Translations under genes and position numbers: made by a program | Part shown: positions 57,747-64,000 of the stretch, piece by piece | Numbering within the stretch: the first letter of the stretch is position 1 | Layout of the letters: every line of letters begins with the position of its first letter | Source of the DNA: Marispirochaeta sp. | GTDB taxonomy: Bacteria; Spirochaetota; Spirochaetia; JC444; Marispirochaetaceae | DNA length: 64,000 bases | Assembly (NCBI GenBank): GCA_963676835.2 | Contig: CAXXFF010000002.1 | Location: forward strand, 448,001-512,000 | Reading direction: 5' to 3' | The notes under the pieces: model-generated | The model's database searches: none | What the model saw: only the letters and a program-made list of their open reading frames with translations | What the model was told of the DNA's origin: nothing

Positions 57747-60700
57747 ATGAGTGTTACAAAATCAGTAGTAAACCGCCCCACCACGGTAGCAATTATCTTT
57801 GTGCTTCTTATAGCCCTGGGTTTTTATGCCGTAACCGACCTGGCAATCGATCTGTATCCCGAAATTGAACCGCCGGTACTGCTCCTCTTTACCGATTACT
57901 CCGGGGCAGGTCCCGAAGAGGTTGAAAAGAGCGTTACCCGTCCCCTGGAAGGGGGACTGAGCAATGTAGGCAACATCGAGAATATTACCTCCACCTCTGC
58001 CGAAGGCAACAGCATGATCCAGATAGAGTTTACCTGGGGAACCGATATGGCCGAGGCCGCCAACGATGTGAGGGACAAGCTGGAGATGGTAAAAAGCTAT
58101 CTGCCCGATGAAGCTTCAGCACCGCAGATATTCAAGTTTGATCCCTCCATGATTCCGATCCTCTATCTGAATGTTTCCGGCAACCGGACCCCGGAGGACC
58201 TGCGGGAAATTGCAGAGAAGATTATTCAGCCCCGGCTTGAGCAGGTTGAAGGCGTGGCCCTTGTGAGCATCTCCGGCGGACGGGAACGGAAAATCAGGGT
58301 GGAGATACCCCAGAACCGGCTGGAAGCCTATAATCTGACACTGACCCAGATTCAGTCCATGATCATGGGCCAGAATGTATCCCTGTCAGGGGGCTCCATC
58401 GGCGAGGGCAACATCAATTACCTTATCAGCACCGCCGGAGAGTACACCTCCATCGACGAAATAAAGAACACCGTAATTGCCTATAAAAGCGGATCCTCCA
58501 TTCCCACAACTGCTACGGGGAATCCCACCCGTACCGTCCGGCTGGGAGACATTGCCAGGGTATACGACGGCTATGAGGACGAAACCAACGCCATCTTTAT
58601 TAACGGACAATCCGGCGTTTACCTGACGGTACAGAAGCAGAGCGGGACCAACTCGGTACAGACCTCTGACAACGTCCACGAGAGGATTGAGCAGATCAAT
58701 TCGGAACTGCCTTCAGGTGTACAGATTACCGTTCTCTACGATACAACCAAGATTATCCGGGCCTCCCTGAAGCAGGTCTCCAGCTCCGCCATTGTCGGCG
58801 GTCTTCTGGCAATCCTCATTCTGCTGCTCTTTCTGCGCAGTTTTAAAACAACCCTGATAATCGGACTTACCATTCCCATCTCCTTCATCATTACTCTTAT
58901 GCTGATGTATTTTGCCGGGCTCACCCTCAATATTATGACTCTCTCAGGCCTTGCCCTGGGAATCGGAATGCTTGTGGATAACTCCATTGTTATTCTGGAA
59001 AACATCTACCGCTACCGGGAAAAGGGGGCAAAACTTTCAACCTCGGCAATCATCGGAACCCGGGAGATGATCAACGCAATTGTCGCCTCCACCCTTACCA
59101 CCATCTGCGTCTTCGCACCCCTGGCCATTTTCAAATCCCAGCTGAAGATGATCGGAGAGCTCTTTGCGGGGCTCTCCTTTACGGTTGTAATCTCGCTTAT
59201 CAGCTCATTATTTGTCGCCATGTTTCTGGTGCCGGTGCTCTCAAGCAAGTATCTTCCCATCCGCTCCAACCGGCAGCGGCCCAGGAGGGGATTCAGTAAA
59301 TCCCTGGACAGTGTCATGGCAGGCTTTTTCAACGGCCTGGACAACATGTACAAAAACGGACTGAGGCGGGTTCTGCGCCGCCGTAAAACAACCATAGCGG
59401 TGGTGCTGGTAATCTTTCTGGGAAGTCTCGGACTGCTGGCCTTCGGCTCCTTTGAGTTCATGCCCTCCATGGACGAAGACATGATCAGCCTCAGTGTCGA
59501 ACTGCCCCTAGGTACCGACCTTGATGTGACCAAGTCAGTAATGCGCCAGCTTGAATCCGTTGCGGAAGAGGAGATTCAGGGATACTCAAGCCTGATAGTC
59601 TCCTCGGGAGAAAGAAGCTTCTTCGGATTTCTGGGCGGAATTCAGACCCACAAAGGTTCACTGACTATTTCCCTGCCGCCGTACGAAGAACGGATAATGA
59701 CCTCAACAGAAGTCAAAGAGGTTCTCCGTTCTCACTTCAACGAGTTCCCCTCGGTGGTATTTGAATTTGAGTCCGGCGGCATGGGCGGCGGCAGCGGTTC
59801 CCCCATTGATATCCTGATCAAAACCGATGATATGGATCTGGGCAAGGAGACCGCCCACCGTATCCGCCAGCTAATTCAGGACGAGATCCCGGAAATAACC
59901 GAACCGGTGGTATCCCTCCAGGAGGGACTTCCCCAGCTCGATATCGTGGTGGACCGGGAGCGGGCCTACAACCTCGGCCTTACCATGGCTTCTGTCGGTG
60001 CGGAAATCCGGGCCAATATCAACGGAGCAACCGCCTCGCAGTACAACGATCAGGGCAATGAGTATGATATTCTGGTAATCCTCGACGAGCAGGACCGGGA
60101 TGAGATTCCCGACCTGAACAAAATCTTTGTCGTCAGTTCCCTGGGTCAGCGAATACCGCTTTCGAGTTTTGCCGACACCCGCAAGACCACCGGTCCTGTG
60201 AGCATCAACCGGGAGAACCAGACCAGAACAATTCATGTACAGGGAGGTCTTGCCCCCAAGGCCCAGCTTCAGAAAGTTGAACTCCAGCTGCGCAAGGCCA
60301 TTGCAGAGAAAATCCCGGTTAATGAAAATGTGGTTATAGAGTTCTCCGGAGATTACGCGGACCTGATGGAATACGGGGTCAAGTTTGTAATTATTCTTAT
60401 AATCAGTATCCTGCTGGTTTTCGGAGTAATGGCCAGTCAGTTTGAATCCTTTCTGGATCCCTTCATTATCTTCTTCACTATCCCGCTGGTCCTTACAGGA
60501 GTTATCATCATCTATATTGTTACGGGCCAGAGCTTCAGTATCTTTACCGCCGTCGGTCTGGTTATGCTGGTCGGTATTGTGGTGAACAACGGTATTGTAC
60601 TGGTGGACTATACCAACCTTCTGCGCAAACGGGGGCTTCCGGTAATTGATGCCTGTATTGAGGCAGGAGGAAACCGTCTGCGTCCCATTCTCATGACGAC

Positions 60701-60941
60701 TCTTACAACGGTACTGGCACTGATTCCCATGGCATTCTTCCCCGGAGAAGGGGCCGACCTGGTACAGCCCATCGGGAAAACCGTTGTCGGCGGTCTTTCC
60801 GCGGCTACCCTCCTGACGCTGTTTCTGGTCCCGACCCTCTATGCAAGCTTCAACATCCGCGGAGAAAAGCGCAAACAGAAAAAGCAGGCAAAGAGAGAAG
60901 AGAGAATCGCCAAACGTAAAGAGCTGGAAGGAGGTGTTTGA
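57747..60941 (+). CDS. RND efflux permease (AcrB/SwrC-like)
   Basis: 1064 aa; GMLVDNSIVILENI, GIVVNNGIVLVD, RLRPILMT. Confidence 0.96.
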   Translation: MSVTKSVVNRPTTVAIIFVLLIALGFYAVTDLAIDLYPEIEPPVLLLFTDYSGAGPEEVEKSVTRPLEGGLSNVGNIENITSTSAEGNSMIQIEFTWGTDMAEAANDVRDKLEMVKSYLPDEASAPQIFKFDPSMIPILYLNVSGNRTPEDLREIAEKIIQPRLEQVEGVALVSISGGRERKIRVEIPQNRLEAYNLTLTQIQSMIMGQNVSLSGGSIGEGNINYLISTAGEYTSIDEIKNTVIAYKSGSSIPTTATGNPTRTVRLGDIARVYDGYEDETNAIFINGQSGVYLTVQKQSGTNSVQTSDNVHERIEQINSELPSGVQITVLYDTTKIIRASLKQVSSSAIVGGLLAILILLLFLRSFKTTLIIGLTIPISFIITLMLMYFAGLTLNIMTLSGLALGIGMLVDNSIVILENIYRYREKGAKLSTSAIIGTREMINAIVASTLTTICVFAPLAIFKSQLKMIGELFAGLSFTVVISLISSLFVAMFLVPVLSSKYLPIRSNRQRPRRGFSKSLDSVMAGFFNGLDNMYKNGLRRVLRRRKTTIAVVLVIFLGSLGLLAFGSFEFMPSMDEDMISLSVELPLGTDLDVTKSVMRQLESVAEEEIQGYSSLIVSSGERSFFGFLGGIQTHKGSLTISLPPYEERIMTSTEVKEVLRSHFNEFPSVVFEFESGGMGGGSGSPIDILIKTDDMDLGKETAHRIRQLIQDEIPEITEPVVSLQEGLPQLDIVVDRERAYNLGLTMASVGAEIRANINGATASQYNDQGNEYDILVILDEQDRDEIPDLNKIFVVSSLGQRIPLSSFADTRKTTGPVSINRENQTRTIHVQGGLAPKAQLQKVELQLRKAIAEKIPVNENVVIEFSGDYADLMEYGVKFVIILIISILLVFGVMASQFESFLDPFIIFFTIPLVLTGVIIIYIVTGQSFSIFTAVGLVMLVGIVVNNGIVLVDYTNLLRKRGLPVIDACIEAGGNRLRPILMTTLTTVLALIPMAFFPGEGADLVQPIGKTVVGGLSAATLLTLFLVPTLYASFNIRGEKRKQKKQAKREERIAKRKELEGGV

Positions 60942-61213
60942 TGAAACGTATAGAAATAATTGCCAATAAATCGGTAGAAACCGACCTCCACGAGGCGTTG
61001 AGAAAAGCTGGCGTTGCGGAGCAGTATACCAAATTCCCGCTTATCTACGGGGTCGGAAACTCCGGCCCCCGGATGGGGGATCATATCTGGCCGGAGGAGA
61101 ACTTCAGCCTGGTAGTCTATTGCGACGAAGAGGAGGCTGCAACCATCCGCAGTGTGGTAACAGAACTGAAAAAGTTCTTTACCCAGGAAGGCATAAAGCT
61201 GTTTGAAATGTAA
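60938..61213 (+). CDS. PII-like transporter-associated protein
   Basis: YTK...YGVGNSGPRMGDHIWPEEN; translationally coupled to the RND permease. Confidence 0.7.
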   Translation: MMKRIEIIANKSVETDLHEALRKAGVAEQYTKFPLIYGVGNSGPRMGDHIWPEENFSLVVYCDEEEAATIRSVVTELKKFFTQEGIKLFEM

Positions 61214-61259
61214 ATCAACCAGGGCGTTGTTTCTTCCCTGACAGCCGATTTTAAGCTGC

Positions 61260-62222
61260 TTAAAGCTGCATGAGGGAAGAAAGCTCTTCCCAGCTGCGGA
61301 GAATGCGCAACTTCTCCCACAACTGCTGAGCACGGTCTGCATCATCGCAGCCCTGCTTCAGATAGGAAAAATGGAGCTTCATTTTTCCCAGAATCCATTT
61401 CCTGTCATGACCATCGGTCAGGAATTCATCCCGCAGCTCCTTTAAGAAACCCAGGGCATTACTGCTGTTCCATGAAAGCCTGCGGCTTTGACAAATTTCC
61501 TCTCCAAGAACGGGGCGGCTGAGAATTCCCCTTCCCAGCATCCAGCCCCGGGTTTGAGGAAATTCCTCTTTAAGCCGCAGGTAATCCCCGAATGAGCGGA
61601 TGTCGCCGCTGTAGCAGACCGGGTGAGTTGACTGGCCCAGGAAATCCCCGTAGGCATCGAGGTCGGGAACGCCCCGGTACATCTGCCTGCCGGTGCGGGG
61701 GTGGAGCACAATAAAATCCAGATTATGCCGGTTCAGCACCGGAAGCAGCTTCCGCCATTCATCCCGGCTTTCCAGGCCTATGCGCATCTTCACCGACAAT
61801 GCCGGCAGCTCCGGACGGCAGGCCCGTGCAAGAACCTCTTCCACAAGTTCCGGATGGGGAAGAATTCCCGATCCGCGTTTTTTCCGTACCACATTGGGAA
61901 CAGGGCAGCCGATATTCCAGTTTACCTGGGTATAGCCCAGACCCGCACAGGCCCGGGAAACAAATTCCACCCCCTCCGGGTCCCGGCCGAGGATCTGAGG
62001 AATAAGGGGTTTATTATAGTTGTTTGCTTCGGGAAGAATGTCCCGAAGATGATAATCGTAGCGCCTGAGTCCGCGGATTGTTCCGATAAAGGGAGCAACT
62101 CCCCCCTCAACCGCAGCTGTGCGCCGGAAAAAAACCCTCCGGTAGGCAGCTGTGGTTATACCTTCAAGGGGAGCAAGAACAAGGGAGTCCGCACTCAGGA
62201 GTAGCGGCGGAAAATTACCCAC
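61260..62222 (-). CDS. tRNA-dihydrouridine synthase family protein
   Basis: LAPLEGIT, PQILG, NWNIGCP, GSGIL, SVKMRIG, HPRT, SGDI, MLGRG. Confidence 0.92.
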   Translation of the reverse strand: MGNFPPLLLSADSLVLAPLEGITTAAYRRVFFRRTAAVEGGVAPFIGTIRGLRRYDYHLRDILPEANNYNKPLIPQILGRDPEGVEFVSRACAGLGYTQVNWNIGCPVPNVVRKKRGSGILPHPELVEEVLARACRPELPALSVKMRIGLESRDEWRKLLPVLNRHNLDFIVLHPRTGRQMYRGVPDLDAYGDFLGQSTHPVCYSGDIRSFGDYLRLKEEFPQTRGWMLGRGILSRPVLGEEICQSRRLSWNSSNALGFLKELRDEFLTDGHDRKWILGKMKLHFSYLKQGCDDADRAQQLWEKLRILRSWEELSSLMQL

Positions 62223-62608
62223 AAAGAAGAGAGTATAATAAGATCGGGAGAAAGATTAAAAAGCCATTCAAGAAGGTCGGGTTTGAGAAAACCATTCAGG
62301 AAATAGTAGAACACAACCCGAAGAGTCCAGAGGGCAAATACAATCAGCGTTGCAAAAAATAATGTCCGGTTCTGCACAAGCAGAAAAAGACCCACAAAAA
62401 GTATGGTTCCCGAAACAAGCTCTGCAACGGAAATAATAACCGCCGTCACATCACTGCGGAACCCGAAGAAACGGAAGAAGTCCCGGGAAAGCTGCTGCAG
62501 CTTGGAGGTGTAGTCCATAAGTCCAAGCAGGCCGGACACAATAAGAAAAAGGGCAACCGCAAGTTGAAGAAAAAAGATACCGTCCAGAGAACGTCCCCGG
62601 TTTGACAT
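62195..62608 (-). CDS. Hypothetical 4-TM membrane protein
   Basis: AGGAG RBS; four hydrophobic segments. Confidence 0.7.
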   Translation of the reverse strand: MSNRGRSLDGIFFLQLAVALFLIVSGLLGLMDYTSKLQQLSRDFFRFFGFRSDVTAVIISVAELVSGTILFVGLFLLVQNRTLFFATLIVFALWTLRVVFYYFLNGFLKPDLLEWLFNLSPDLIILSSLWVIFRRYS

Positions 62609-62724
62609 ACAGACTCCTGTTAAATATTAATTACACGGACACCTCTGTATTATTAGTGTCTCTATATAATAGTACGGCAATAAGAGGCTTTTGGGCAAGC
62701 TGAATCAGAAAAGGGCTTTTATGT

Positions 62725-63306
62725 TTACCAGCGTACAACCCAGCCAACAGAAGGCGTTATGCTGGAAAGATTATCATTTTTATCAATTGAATCATATTTG
62801 CTGTAAATAATAATAGACTGAAGAAATTGGGTTCTATATTTCAGGCCTATTGAAATACTGTTTGCAGCGCTCAGATCAAATCCGATATTTGCACCGGCTT
62901 CAATAAAGCCCGAACCATACCACTCCAGGCTCATGGTTGGCTGTTGAAATCCAGCATCTACCCAGCCTTTAAGATAGAATTCCCCCATATCCCGCTTAAA
63001 GAAGGGACCAATACCCATGTAATTTATTACACCCTCTATCGGTTCAGAGGAGGGATGAATTACCGAACCGTTCCCGATTTGAAACTGGATTCCAAGCCAT
63101 GAGCTGATATACGAAGAAAAATAAAGATCCAGGGTAGGGGTTACAGTATATGCTCCATCGTCTTTAAGGTGATTATAAAATGACCCGACATAGAACCCAC
63201 AGCCTAAATCCATAGTCATTTCCATAACAGGCTTATCTTCATTTGAAAAGAGATTTGTAGATAGAACTGTAAGCAGGAAGAGTACGGAAATTTTACTTTT
63301 CATCAA
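62725..63306 (-). CDS. Hypothetical exported protein, probable small beta-barrel
   Basis: Signal peptide; amphipathic strands; terminal VGWVVRW with C-terminal aromatic residue. Confidence 0.6.
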   Translation of the reverse strand: MMKSKISVLFLLTVLSTNLFSNEDKPVMEMTMDLGCGFYVGSFYNHLKDDGAYTVTPTLDLYFSSYISSWLGIQFQIGNGSVIHPSSEPIEGVINYMGIGPFFKRDMGEFYLKGWVDAGFQQPTMSLEWYGSGFIEAGANIGFDLSAANSISIGLKYRTQFLQSIIIYSKYDSIDKNDNLSSITPSVGWVVRW

Positions 63307-63402
63307 GACAACATAGCAATTCCGGGTAACACCTGCAATCGTCCCTGCTCAGATTTTCAATCTTGACCGCCGAACCCTCTTCGGGGTAGCGTTTCGCTTA
63401 CC

Positions 63403-64000
63403 ATGATAAAAAAACCACATCCGGTGAAGGATATAGTCCGCATCGGAACACCCCTTTTGGCTGGAAACCTGAGCCACTACCTCCATCATGTAACCGATTC
63501 AGCCATGGTCGGCCGCCTGGGAACAGCAGAACTGGGAGCCATGGGCATTGCCACTCTTTTCAGCGGCATAGGATTCACCTTCCTCTGGCCGGTAACCACC
63601 GGAGTTCAGGCCCTTACCTCCCGCCGCTACGGACGGGAACTTGCCGGCAGCGGATCACCGGAGGCCACAGCAGCGGTTCTCGCCAACGGCCTGACCGTGG
63701 CAATTCTCACCGCTCTTGCCTCCTCGCTCTTCTTCCTCACCGCCCCGTTTATTCTGCCCCTTTTGATCGGCAGTGATGACCTTTTCTCAAATGCCATGCT
63801 TTATATAAATACCGTCCGCTACAGCGTACTTTTTCTTGCCCTGCAGATGGCCATAACCGGTTTCTTAAGCGGGATAAAACAGACCGGAGCTATTATGAAG
63901 GCGACCCTGTTTGGAAACCTTCTGAATATCCTGCTTAACTATCTGCTTATTTTCGGAAAGTTCGGATTCCCCGAAATGGGTATCCGCGGCGCAGCTCTGG
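63403..64000 (+). CDS. MATE family efflux transporter, 3'-truncated by window edge
   Basis: Read from sequence: MIKKPH...DSAMVGRLGTAELGA...NILLNYLLIFGKFGFPEMGIRGAAL. Confidence 0.9.
   Translation, partial: MIKKPHPVKDIVRIGTPLLAGNLSHYLHHVTDSAMVGRLGTAELGAMGIATLFSGIGFTFLWPVTTGVQALTSRRYGRELAGSGSPEATAAVLANGLTVAILTALASSLFFLTAPFILPLLIGSDDLFSNAMLYINTVRYSVLFLALQMAITGFLSGIKQTGAIMKATLFGNLLNILLNYLLIFGKFGFPEMGIRGAAL

Overview
Gene-dense bacterial chromosomal window, most likely from a free-living spirochaete (inferred from the long Borrelia-type thymidine kinase, the many lipoproteins and the TolC-adaptor-RND-PII-like operon; not proven). The backbone is housekeeping, metabolic and transport genes: pth, RNase D, tdk, fused trehalose-6-P synthase/phosphatase, fused purL, pepD, rsmE, feoAB, avtA, arfB, Dus, a TAXI and a DctPQM TRAP system, an RND pump and a partial MATE. 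Accessory parts are: (i) a REP-associated tyrosine transposase carrying a REP hairpin and an 11 x 18-bp in-frame tandem repeat inside its own coding sequence; (ii) a 7-gene RDD/SpoIIM/DUF4129/DUF4350/MoxR/DUF58 membrane operon of unknown function; (iii) a ~9-kb region after purL (about 25.3-34.6 kb). That region holds vapBC bracketed by a degenerate copy of the purL 3' end, a candidate small RNA, an AAA_14/DUF4143 ATPase-nuclease preceded by 22-bp-phased repeats, a CX5R phosphatase, a UroD/MtbA-family gene cleanly interrupted by a complete IS21 element (TATA target duplication), and higBA. No rRNA, tRNA, CRISPR array or reverse transcriptase was seen. All family calls come from motifs read by eye; no database searches were run.
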